From positions 1 to 44,707 of the forward strand of contig KZ538846.1 in NCBI GenBank assembly GCA_000934665.2: a stretch of 44,707 bases of DNA. The letters are read 5' to 3'. The DNA is from Catajapyx aquilonaris (Eukaryota). Position 1 is the stretch's first letter; every line of letters begins with the position of its first letter. The notes under the pieces were generated by a model that ran no database searches, was not told the origin of the DNA, and saw nothing but the letters and a program-made list of their open reading frames with translations. Shown in pieces: positions 1 through 11,007 of this stretch. The translations under genes were made by a program, and so were the position numbers.

Positions 1-414
1 ATCATTATAACGCCATCAGAAGATGCGAGATAAGACTAGGCCCTCAAGAGTAATTGGCACTGGGTACCGGGCTCTAGTGTAATCATGGAAAGCAGCGTTA
101 CAGTACATCTGCTGGTTGTACTGTACTGTACTGTACAGCAAGCTACGAGTGATAATAAGAGGAGCTTAAGGTTTTACCAATATTCCCGGCGCATATGTAA
201 TCAGATATGGAGCAGTGTGCAGTGGTCGATTCTCCAGAGTCAACACTGCCCCGCTGCTTCAATACCTTAATCAAATAACGAGGCTCGAAACAACCGCAAG
301 AAACACCCGCGTGTGTACTGTGCGTGAAGCACGTAATATTCAGCCCCGCAAATGGGCTATACCCGGCCAAATTCTGGACAAACATGGGACAAACAGACTT
401 GGTGGCCATATTGG

Positions 415-617
415 AGCTACGTTATATCCGGCCCGTTGCTATTCCTAGACAGCTACGTTATATCCGGCCCGTTGTTACTCCTAGACAGCTACGTTATATC
501 CGGCCCGTTGCTTTTCCTAGACAGCTACGTTATATCCGGCCCGTTGTTACTCCTAGACAGCTACGTTATATCCGGCCCGTTGTTACTCCTAGACAACTAC
601 GCTATATCCGGCCCGTT
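415..617. repeat. 36-bp minisatellite, 5 full units plus 1 partial (agctacgttatatccggcccgttgttactcctagac)
   Basis: Units start at 415, 451, 487, 523, 559 and 595; variation is mostly confined to one short segment (gctatt/gttact/gctttt). Confidence 0.97.
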
Positions 618-2537
618 CCGTTGATATTCCTGTAGGTAGCTGCTTACCCGGCCAGCACGGTAATTCCCCGATGTGATAACGTGACCGTTTCCATAGGCAT
701 TGTGCCGTCGCCCATTGTTTTTTTTTTAAGTGTTTAGGGTGGCAGATTCCGTGCAGACTGGATGGAAGAAAAGAGTGGGGGCCCGGTCCCGGCATGCAGA
801 CTACTCAATTAGGCCGGTATTTCGCAAAAAGGGGGCCTCGTCGCTTCATATACCATCCATGCTGGCACACTAAGTCATGGAAAATAAGAGGTGGGAGTGG
901 CTTGGGGCCCCATTCAGCAGCCTCCTGATGACGGATTATCACGAAGCAGGCCTTTTGTTCGTCAATTCCAACTTTTATTTATACTCTGGTGATGATGGGG
1001 GGGAAAAGTTTTGCCTTAATGTATAGTACATGGCCCACCCTGCTGGTCTCTGTTTTTTGGGTGAGCTTGCACAGGCCATTCCGCACACTGGCCATTCCAG
1101 TTTTTCCCACGGCCTGTGCTGCACCAACTGATTTACGGCCCCTACTGCCAACAACCCCCTTTTCCAAGTCTCAACAAAACAGCCGCACACAAAAGGCTGA
1201 TGGCCATCCTTAGGAAAAAGGACGTATCTACCTCATGTGATAATAGGTCCTGCTTATCAAAATAAAGGGGCGTATCTTACATCCCTGAGTACTCTGTGAC
1301 CACTCTGTGACTAACATGCCAATTCAACACCACAAACAGGTGTGCAGCAGTTGACCTTACCTGAGGACAGGCTGGGGATGTTGAGGAGCTGTGACCCGGT
1401 CGTGTCTTCTTGACCTCGCCCCAGACCCCGCTAAAGATGCGGAGGTCAGCCCAATGTGGATCTCCGACACGTCCAAGTGACAAGCAGTAACTTGCATACG
1501 TTCGCGCGCGGTCTAACTCTCAAGCGAACATACTCTGAAAATGGCGGATAAATAAATTGCAAAAAAAAATTCACCATTTATAACCACGAGGCCTTTAAAA
1601 TTGCTACAATAATATTTTAGCACATCGAGAAGATTTATTAGCAATTTAACTGCACCCACCTGCTAACTGGTGTTCATGTAAGTGGCTATCACTCCAGTAG
1701 AACCAATGCTATTAAAGGTGTTTACAGGTGGTTTTATTCAGGTACGGCTGGTCTCCAAACCGATATTGTTAATGACCGGTCGGAATAACCTTCAGTTTAC
1801 ACAGCCTGAAAAATTAAGCTTCAAAGCATACATTTTTTCTCTCCCCACCATCAATTTAACACACCGAGTAAATACACAGTTATTGCGCAGCGATTACTGA
1901 AAAGTGGGGCCGCATTAAAAAAAAATCACCCATCATTAATAATGATCACCCTATACTCCCCTCCCTCAATAATCGCACAAAATTATTGGGCCATAACCTG
2001 ACCCCATTTGACCTAATGGCGTTTTTTCACCCCGACATCCCCACCAATTGTTGCCATTCAAGCTCCCGGATTTTGATGGGCACACGCCTCCGAACCAAAT
2101 CACACATGACGATAGCGCAGCGTTTCATCGGTGCCATTCGTTGCATGCATTGCCTTCAGAAGTTTACGCTCTTTCACAGCAGCGGTTATTCAACCGAAAT
2201 TGCAGTTAAGGGCAGTACTGTACTTTTCATTAAAATTTGTAATTACACGGCAACCTTACTCACGGAGTAGCAACGCTGTCAAAAAAATCCAGTAGTCTCA
2301 ACACGATGCAGTCGCCATCATTCTGCTCTCCAATTCAATGTAGGTGTACCGCTATAGCGATCTCCACTTCTACAATCCGGTTCACGGTCTTCAACGTCGG
2401 TAACCAAACGCTGAAATCTGCAGCACGCATCAAACAGAAAAACTAAAAAAGCGCAGGTAAATTCCAACCACACAATAATTACTGTAATTAAATGAAAAAA
2501 AGCAATAGACGTCCATCTACTGCCTCCTTTATGTACA

Positions 2538-2543
2538 TTTATT
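2538..2543 (-). terminator. candidate distal polyadenylation signal AATAAA of osa
   Basis: AATAAA ~2 kb after the stop, followed on the minus strand by a U-rich/GU-rich stretch (~2465-2500). Confidence 0.6.
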
Positions 2544-4065
2544 CTTAATTTTTCAGTATTCGGACATACAGTATATAAAGCAGCATTTGCACAAGTAAAT
2601 ACCAAATATCAAATGTGGGACAGGGCAAGGTCTAGGGGGAGGAGGGAGGGAGAGCGGGAGGGGGCAGGATGGAGAGGAACGAGTTGGAAAAAACTTCACT
2701 TATTATTTTTTTTATCCTCGGAAGGTTTTTCATTGGGGGGGGAGGGAGGGGGGGTAAAGTTTCTTTTTTAACCATAAAGGTAGTTTGCAGTTTTGGGAAT
2801 ATCAATGGACAGTTTTGGAACTGGGAAGATTGAGGTCAATCTGGGTCATCAAGGGATGGGGCGGGTCAAAAGGGGTGGGCACGGAAAGACTAGGAAACAA
2901 CACAAAGTCAAAGCTGGGATTATTATTTTTTTTTAACCATTTTTTTTTCACCACCTTCTGTCTCTTCCACTTTTCATCAAAGTTCGGCAATTTAACCACC
3001 AATGTTGTGTATTCGCAATCCCCTTCTTGCTTTTCATCTCTCTCTCTCTCGCTCTCACTCTCTCTCCCTCTCTCTCACGCACTAGTCATTAAGTCTGTTC
3101 TTCCTTTTTTTACTAACTGTACAAATCCCACGTTGCCCCTAGAAAAAGCCTTCCTTCATTTCATCATATTTTTCCATTATTATTATATATTTTTTTGTAA
3201 CTTTTTTTTTCCTCCTGCTGTGTTTTTCTTCCATTTTTGTAAGAAGTGTAAGGACTACACTCTAACAGAGATGCTCTGTCACTTTTTTTTTTGTAGATGT
3301 ATTTTTTTTTCACTCTTTTGTGTTTTGCGTATATCATTTTTCTTCAAGAGTCTCTTATTTTTGCGCTCCCCATACAGACGTCATAATAAGTGTGTGTAAC
3401 GTGTAAGTTTTGTGTAACAACACCAGTTTTGTCGAGGGGAGGGTGGGGGGATTGGGTCTCAGATTTTTTCAGGGGGGGGCGGGATTTGGATATCGGATCA
3501 AAGGGCAGGGTTTATTTTTTATATCTTCGTATATAAGACTCACACTGGGGGCCAACCGGCCTGTTTTTTTTTTAAATACAGTCCAAAAAGGAAGGGACGA
3601 CAGGGATCGGGGGAGGAGAGTCTCACAGTAAAATCGGGAATAGGGAAGGGAAGGTCTATCTCTCTCTCTCACTCAGCTTTCTCACACTTTGTCCCCGGTT
3701 CACTGTGATGAAAAATAAATACAACGATCATCAGGTATACTCGTTTACAGGCGGAAACCACCAAAGTTCAAGTTCACGTTTAAATGGGAGCCAAGGGAGG
3801 GTGGAGGGGATGGGGAAAGGAAGTTTCATATCTTTTCTTTAAAAGTCCGTAACCCGCCACACATGCACACACGCACACATACGCACAAACAAAGAAAGGG
3901 AAAAAAAAAATTATCAAAATCGCCACTCGGGAAGTTTCCAGTCACTATCATTATTATAATAATAGCAAGGTTTTTTCTCTTTTTAAAAGGAAGGGCAAAT
4001 GGGCTTCACATTTTTCCATTTTGGTCAGTCAGCACCACACAAAAGAAGGAAGAATGTCTATGCAA

Positions 4066-4071
4066 TTTATT
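4066..4071 (-). terminator. candidate proximal polyadenylation signal AATAAA of osa
   Basis: AATAAA ~480 nt after the stop, followed by TCTTTTGTGTGGTG (GU-rich downstream element). Confidence 0.45.
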
Positions 4072-4546
4072 TCATTTGTTTTGCTACGCTAAAAATTGCT
4101 GTGGTGCGACGTGTATGCACAGGTGTCGCGTAAGAGGTTCGGGATGAGGAGAAGGAATAGGGGGGGGAAAAAACCTTGCACGAAAAAAAAACAAAACTAT
4201 GTGGTGTAGGCTCTTAAAAAATAACTTCTTAGGGAGGCGAAATGCAGAAAAAAAAAAAATCTCCTTTTCTCCTAGCTGTGCATGACTTAAAAATTACAAA
4301 TAAAAAATCACTCTCTCTCTCTTGCACTGATCACTGCCACGGAAAAAAAGAAACAATTTGAACCCTGTTCTGGGATTTTTTTTTCCTTTCATATAACTAA
4401 CCTAAGAAAAAATAAAGTGAGAGAGAAAATGGGGGATTAAGCCACCAAAAAAACATGCAGATCACAGGCATGGGAGGTCACGGATTTTCCCCGGGTGTCC
4501 CTTATTCACAAGTCTTTTTTGTTTTTAAAAAAAAGCGTCACTATCA

Positions 4547-4957
4547 CTACGACTGCTCTGCGTCCTCCTTTTCCTGCCCGCTCGCACTGCTGCATTGGTA
4601 CAACACCTGCGCCAGTATCCCGGCCACATGCTGGTCCAGAATCTGGCTCATCACTAGTCCCAGCAGCCTGGCCTCCTGCTGCACCAGCAACGGCCGGTTG
4701 AGTGGGTGTCTCGAGAGGTGCAGAAGAGTGTTGGCCGCCCTCCGGAGCATGTCCAGGGAAGTGCCCATGGCGTCTGGGTTCTCCCTGAGCATCTGGATCC
4801 CATGCTGGTTGGCCACGCTCAGGGCGTTCTGCTCCGCCTGCTCGATGAACCCAACCAGTAGGGAGACGCACGGGGCCTGCAGGGCGATGGAGCGTGACAC
4901 GCCCTCATCCGCCGCCGCAAAGTAGTACAGGAGGTTCACTCCAAACTCGCGCACAAC
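4547..4957 (-). CDS. osa: osa terminal coding exon, BAF250_C end (VVREFGVNLL...DAEQS*)
   Basis: cctcAG|GTT acceptor; GTSLDMLRRAA motif; TAG at 4547-4549. Confidence 0.94.
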   Translation of the reverse strand, partial: VVREFGVNLLYYFAAADEGVSRSIALQAPCVSLLVGFIEQAEQNALSVANQHGIQMLRENPDAMGTSLDMLRRAANTLLHLSRHPLNRPLLVQQEARLLGLVMSQILDQHVAGILAQVLYQCSSASGQEKEDAEQS

Positions 4958-5035
4958 CTGAGGGACAAGATGTAATTAACCAAAAGTGTCTTCGCATCTG
5001 TCAGTAAGGGTGGAAAACGCAGGAACGATACCAAC

Positions 5036-5498
5036 CTGGTCCTCGGACCTGCAGAGAGACCTGGCCAAAGATGCACAAAGCCTCTCTAGCCGCGAGTATG
5101 GTGGGGTGGCCAGCACCAGATCAACGTTGGACTCGTTGACACACAGCTTGCACAGTGCCTCCAGGGCCAGCCTTTGCGGGCTGAGCGCGGAGTGTGGGGC
5201 CACGGTTGGGAAAGCGTCCTGCCCATAGGCTGCGGGGCACACCGCCCAGTGGAGCAGGCCATCCAGGACGGGTCTGCTCACCTCCTCGGGGAAGGCCCCA
5301 AGGTCCACCTGGCCCGCCACGTTGGCTAGGGTCACCATAACGTTCTCACGCACATGGTGCAGGTAGCCCCACCACCACTCCCCATCTCCATTCAAGCTGC
5401 TGCATGACGAGGCATCACTCGCAGGCTGATCACCGGGGTCGTCTCGGTCGTAATTGTTGCGCGCTTTTACCCCCGTTGGCCGAGGTGGATGCTCATGC
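5036..5498 (-). CDS. osa: osa coding exon, BAF250_C (HEHPPR...EWWW...LCRSEDQ)
   Basis: ttccaAG|G acceptor, CAG|GTTGGT donor; 463 nt, phase 2/0. Confidence 0.93.
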
Positions 5499-5652
5499 CT
5501 TGGAAAATAATAAGCATTACTCACATTTCATTTAGTACTTCACACGGTACTTTATCTGAACACAGAAACGAATGAAGCTACACCAAGACATGGCAAAAAT
5601 CACTCTCAAATGAAACAACTCAAATGTTCACTGAACGTGGGATTCAACATAC

Positions 5653-6060
5653 CTCAACAGGACGAGCTTTCCAGCCAAAGTGAGAAATGAGGCGTTACGA
5701 GCAAACTCTCCTTCGTTGCCGGGAACGAAGCTAAGGTTCCGAAGAGCCACACAGACACATATACAGCGCCTCGCCAAGGAGTCTTTCGACTCGGCCACAA
5801 GGTGTAACGAGGCCTCGTCCTGCGTGTAGCATTCGTCTTCGTAGTCCTCTGTTCTACGCCTCTTCAAGGATCCACAAGGGTCACGAATTTGGACCCGGAA
5901 TGGCGAGGGTGGTCGCGGCGATGGGGGTTTCGGAGGTTGGAGAGGCTCCTCCGATTCGAGCTTCGGAGGAAGGGGGTCCTCCTCAGGTTCCGTCTTGATC
6001 AGCAGAGGTGGCGTGGACTCGGAGTTGGACTTGTCAGGCAGATCTTCACTCGAGATGCGG
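5653..6060 (-). CDS. osa: osa coding exon, BAF250_C (...YEDECY...LRNLSFVPGNE...GKLVLL)
   Basis: cttttAG|C acceptor, AG|GTATGT donor; 408 nt, phase 2/2. Confidence 0.9.
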
Positions 6061-6180
6061 CTAAAAGAGATGCAAAGACCAATGATTATGGCTGACAATA
6101 CAGGTTGTGCTACAGCAAAGGTTACGCTAATCACCTTTTGGTCTACACTGGCAGAGCCGCAATAGTAAACACGGACTAAC

Positions 6181-7475
6181 CTTAAGCTTGGACAGGTCTT
6201 CTCTCCGTCACTGTCATCTTTCCTCTCCTCCTTCCTCGCTTCTTGCCTTTCTTTGTTCCTCTCCTCCTTCTTCTCCTCCTTCCTTTCCTCCTTCCTCTCG
6301 TGATGATGTTCCTCCTTGTTGGACTCCCTCTCGATCTGCTTCTCGTCTAGTTTCTCCAGCTTGACCACAACCTCGTTCTTCCTGATCTCCTTGGCCAAAT
6401 CCTTACTCACATTTTTGTCCTTCTTGGCTAGCAGAGAGAGGACATCGTCTAGTGACTTTGGCCGCTTCTTCTTCTCACAGTTGCGCACTCTTGCTGGCTC
6501 CTCCTTCACCAACACCGGCGGAGGACTCGACTTCTCCTCCTCCTCTACTGGGACACTCGGTTTGACATCCTTGGGCGTCTCGGCACAGGAGTCACCTTCT
6601 TCCCCACTTCTCCTCCGCTTCCTCTTCTCCTCGCGCATCACCCTCACAAACGGCACTATCCCCAACTCACCCCCGAAGCACGTAATTATGTGCGAGGTTG
6701 AGTCCGCCCCACATAACTGTGCCCAGTGTTCCACCCCAGGACCAACGTTGGCTCCTGGGCCGTCTACTATGTCCCAGTCTTTGACTGTGTCAGCCACAAA
6801 CACCTCCCCCTGGCGTGGCACAAGCCGTACAGAACGTCCTTGGCGCGTCACCTGCGTGAAGTTTGCTCCTCGGAGGACTGGGGTGCTCACACCATTTGTG
6901 CCACTTGGTGCTGCTCCCAGATCTGCCTCCTCCGACAGCTCCTTTTTAACCTCGTACCACTTTGTGTCGCTCTTCTCTGCACCCTTCTCAAAGTCGAGAT
7001 CCTCACCCACGTCAAACATGTCCGCCAACGAGCGACGCAAATGCTCCAACAATACATCTAACAGTCCAGGCAAGTTGCCGAGCCCAAAGTACGCGACAGT
7101 AGAATCATCAAATAGTAGGACATTTAACACATCAAGGGCCCATGTTGACTCGGCCAGAAGCCCAGACTTGAGGCACATCATGAGTTTCCAGGCCTCAACA
7201 GGGGCAACGTCCGACTTGTTGAGTCGCCGCCGCTTGAACAGAACTGGAGTAACAGCCTCAACCGACTCCGATGGGAACACAATCTCGCGCTTCGACTGCC
7301 CGTAAGCAGCAGCAGCAGCCGCAGCACTTGGAGGCATCGATGCAGGCTTTATCCCTGGTGGTAATTGCATTGGAATCTTCCCGTCAGGTCCACGGTACGA
7401 TGGGCGTTGTCCCATAGAGTTGCGCAGTGGGGAGCTCTGGACACCAGGTATCCCATGGCCCCACTGCTGCGGTGT
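6181..7475 (-). CDS. osa: osa coding exon, start of BAF250_C region plus charged linker
   Basis: tttcAG|ACA acceptor, AG|GTTAGT donor; 1295 nt, phase 0/2; FPSESVEA, LKSGLLAESTWALD and LXXLL motifs. Confidence 0.92.
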
Positions 7476-7749
7476 CTGAAATAGCCGAGAAGTAAATGAG
7501 GACACGCTCTTGGCTCAAGTTCTATCGTAAAACGTGGGGGTTGATCAAACTTTATGTTGCTGTCAGCAATGGTTTTAAAAGACGTTATCCTTAATGGATA
7601 ATTTATCCGCAGACAGATTCCACTCTATTCAGTAGCTGCGTCAAAGCAATTGACACTTGTCATTGCACAGCAGCAACGTCTGTACCAATTTGACCAACTC
7701 ACCGTACTTAAAATAAAAACATAAAAAGGGAGAGGCGTACCCAACTGAC

Positions 7750-8081
7750 CTGCTGCTGCTGCTGGAATGGGGTGGGTGGCACGGGTCCCCCTGGGCCCCC
7801 CGGAGGGCCAGGGGGAGGTGGGTAGGGCCTGTGTTGGTCCCACTGAGAGGCCGACTGGGGCCCACCCACCACTGGGGGCCCTGCAGGAGGAGCCCCCACT
7901 ACCTGAGGTGGGACGCCGCCAGGGGGTACGACAGGAGGGGGTCCGCCAGTGGCTGGGCCCCCGACATGCGGGGGCCCAGGAGGAGGCCCACCGGCCATTC
8001 TAGGGGGGCCCTGTCCCCACTGCCCAGCAGACGGACTCTGCTGGCCGTATTGAGGCCGATACTGGCTATTATTCTGCCATC
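7750..8081 (-). CDS. osa: osa coding exon (WQNNSQYRPQY...PFQQQQQ)
   Basis: ccacAG|GA acceptor, CAG|GTCAGT donor; 332 nt, phase 1/0. Confidence 0.9.
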
Positions 8082-8166
8082 CTGTGGAAGTAAAGACGGT
8101 AGATGTAAGCCACACCCAAATGGTTTCAATCATGCGACACATTCAACACTGAAATGAGAGCCTCTC

Positions 8167-8249
8167 AGGGCAGAATTCACGAACTTTTAACCAGGCATGA
8201 CGACTTTAAACGACGCCAGCCCTCCAGCCAACTCTCTGAATTCCGCCCT
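8167..8249. mobile_element. small MITE-like relic in an osa intron
   Basis: Terminal inverted repeats agggcagaattca / tgaattccgccct (12/13 match); GGGC-type end; no clean target-site duplication. Confidence 0.45.
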
Positions 8250-8815
8250 TAGTAACAATTAAAAAACAAATCATGAATCTCAACTAATTACAAGTCAAGT
8301 TGTCAGGCAAAAAGGACAGCTGTGCTATGTACAGCGTGTTGGGACAGGCTGTTTCGTCTGCCCAGGTCAAAGGACAATGCACAACAATGAAACGGACACC
8401 AACGACAATGAGACGGACAACACAGAAGACTTGCCTTGGGTCTGTCCGGGAGTTTGCGAATCGTTACAATTGTATTGGGGGGAGTACATTGAGTACTGGT
8501 TGCTTTGCTGCCGGTCTGAAGCGGGAGAAAAAAATGGGGGGCCACATTGTTTCTCATGTCCTACAAAATTCACTTCAGCAAAAAATACATATCCACAGTG
8601 GTACTGTACGGACTGAAATTACCTTTTTTATCAGAGGGCATGTTATTTCACAAATGCATTTAAACATTTTTGTACCCATTAAAATCTACACATTTCCAAC
8701 ATGTAATGTGCACAAGTGGGGAAACAAAATTGCATGGATTTCCTAATGATTGTTATCAGAGTACCACTGATGAGTTTAACACTTTTCCTGGACAAAATCC
8801 AGACAGATTACTCAC

Positions 8816-9044
8816 CATACATGGGCGCCCTCGGCTGACCGTATGGTGGGTACGGCTGCGCATCCTTTGCGAAGTCTGGGTGCCTTCTGGGCTGAGATCC
8901 AGGCGGGGGCATGCTCTTGGAGGGAGTCCCCGGAGGAGCCGCCAAGGGAGGGCCTGCCGGGGGCTGCTGGCCAGCGGGTGACGGGCCTGTGGCGTACAGC
9001 TGGCTCCCTGGTCCGCCCTGAGGACCCTGCTGTCCAGGATAAAC
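8816..9044 (-). CDS. osa: osa coding exon (VYPGQQG...RRHPDFAKD...RAPMY)
   Basis: ctgcAG|GTT acceptor, G|GTGAGT donor; 229 nt, phase 0/1; RRHPDF motif; the correct frame is absent from the ORF track. Confidence 0.9.
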
Positions 9045-9500
9045 CTGCAGAAGCCAATGTTAAGTCAACTCACGAAACCTGCAAACTTCAAGCTGGTTAG
9101 AAAGCACTTAAAAATTAGCGTAACCCATAATTTCTTACAATCTTCCGTTTTTTTTTTTTTTTTTCAAATTCAGAGCTGCGCTACTATAACCTCAGAATCG
9201 AAAGTACTCATGCGTATGGTCTCTTGAAATGCGATACTTGACCACTACTCGCATACATTTACCATGGTCAGGAAATCAACTTGTAAGCACACACCTATCA
9301 ACCCCCGAACCCAACAAGGCAACACTGTTCTGCCTCTTTCAACAGCTGTAGCATGACACTCGATCTTTCACGGACAATACTTCGCATTGCTCATAAAGCT
9401 TGAAACACAACTCGGAAACTAAGGTCGCACTCGGTTGGACCAAGGCCCTGGAGATACCTTCAACAAATGGTCCATATCTCATAAGGACGCTTCACCTTAA

Positions 9501-9640
9501 AGCCGCGTTTACATGCGAGCGATTTGATCAGCGATACTGTCGCTGAGCGATGATTGTTTGGGGCAAATCATGGTAACAATATGATGTATGGTAACAATTG
9601 GATACATCGCTGATCAAACTGCTCACATGTAAACACGGCT
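9501..9640. mobile_element. 140-bp MITE, PIF/Harbinger (Tourist)-like, copy 1
   Basis: 35-bp TIRs (agccgcgtttacatgcgagcgatttgatcagcgat; 31/35 match to the other end); flanks taa/caa fit a decayed 3-bp TWA duplication; second copy at 12070. Confidence 0.8.
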
Positions 9641-10365
9641 CAACACAGAATCCAAATAGTTTCGGAAAATTAGATATCAACCTCATGTGATGCTACAACC
9701 GCATTTTGAGCCAGTTAAGAGCCCAAGGAACGACTAACCCAATTTTTTAGGGGGGAGGACTGTACCACAGAACCAGTTACTCGAACAACACAAGGGGAGA
9801 AAATCCCTTCAGGCAAATGCAACAAAGCATGATGCAAATAGTTTTACAAGATTTGCCTAAAAAATGTTAACAGTCAACAATCTCAAGAGACAGACAAATA
9901 GGAAGGAAGACGGAAAGTGACCAAAAATTGTCGTGTTGTTTTAAGATGTGGGCACAAATTGGACTACTGCACAACGGTTGTGTGTGTTTTTGATGTTGGG
10001 GGGAGGGGAAGGAAACAAATGCACAAACATACTTTATTCAATGCAGAAGAGGAAGGTGCACCAAGAACTTTGGACAGCGTTGGGGAAGGCAAAAAGGTCT
10101 GCTTGGGGACACCCATCTAGAAAAAGAAACAAGTCTCTAGTTTAGCCTCGAAAAACGACAGGCTGTTTGTTCGGAGGGGAGATGAGTAAACGAGTATCAC
10201 AACACAGACAAAAAAAAATCTAAAGTGTGGAGGAAAAAAAAGAGAGCACACGCAAACACATGCTAAATACTACTACACAAACACACGCAAATTTTTTTAA
10301 AAAAAGGAAAAAAATTATACAATCAAGAAACAGGATAGAAAACAAAAAGGAAAAAAAAAACATAC

Positions 10366-10461
10366 TTGTAGCGCAGACTTGAGGGTAGGGCTAGGCTGGG
10401 GTGCAGAGAGCTGGCGAGCAAGCTGAGAGTTCTGGTAGTTACTAGGCAGTTTCAGACGCAT
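10366..10461 (-). CDS. osa: probable alternative (cassette) osa exon (MRLKLPSNYQNSQLARQLSAPQPSPTLKSALQ)
   Basis: GC-richer island in AT-rich intron; T-tract then ggtAG acceptor, CAA|GTATGT donor; 96 nt, phase 0/0, stop-free and in frame with both neighbours. Confidence 0.65.
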
Positions 10462-10742
10462 CTACCATAAAAAAAATTTAAAAAATAAAAATAAAATAAC
10501 ACCTGACTGGATATGTTGGAAAATCTACCAACCATGCTCTGCAATATATTGGTTTTCTCTTATGATTCATTGTCTACATTTTTTTTTATGAACCAAAAAA
10601 AAAGAGAGGTAAGCCAAGCCACATTGAGAAGTGTAAATAAATTTTTGCTAAACATTGAGTTGTACAAAAAGAACACATACATTTAAAGAGAAATGTACCT
10701 TGAATGTGCAAACATAAGAAGCGATTCATGCGACAAAAGTAC

Positions 10743-10929
10743 CTGATCCTGGTGGTAGTAGTCCTGCTGCCCGGGGTACCCGTTAGGCGGGATGGGCTGC
10801 TGTGCCGGAGCTCCCGAGACTGGGGGCGGCCCCTGGGCCTGTGGGACACCAGGGTAGCCCGCTGCCCTCGGTGGTGGAGGAGGATACGCATTCTGTTGCA
10901 CTTGTGGTGGCTGCTGCGGGCTCATGTAC
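10743..10929 (-). CDS. osa: osa coding exon (YMSPQQ...QDYYHQDQ)
   Basis: cgttAG|G acceptor, CAG|GTACTT donor; 187 nt, phase 2/0. Confidence 0.88.
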
Positions 10930-11007
10930 CTAACGAAATAAAGTTGAATGAGCATTTTCTTTACTAAAATAATGTTCCCAACTTCCTAAAGCGAAACCTA
11001 TCCGAAC

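Noticed and set aside
415..617. CRISPR-like 36-bp repeat array
   Set aside because: Units are contiguous with no unique spacers, there are no cas genes, and the context is eukaryotic
324..635. Repeat-peptide ORFs (RQLRYIRPVVTP)n and LRR-looking (LLDSYVISGPL)n
   Set aside because: Translation artefact of a 36-bp stop-free unit; no supporting gene structure
2785..3399. 204-aa Phe-rich ORF on +
   Set aside because: T-rich low-complexity sequence antisense to the osa 3'UTR; non-ATG start
3511..3516. Additional AATAAA on the minus strand in the 3'UTR
   Set aside because: Embedded in an A-run and followed by C-rich rather than GU-rich sequence
6316..7305. 329-aa Ser-rich antisense ORF
   Set aside because: Codon-aligned shadow of the Glu/Lys-rich osa exon; non-ATG start; no recognisable domain
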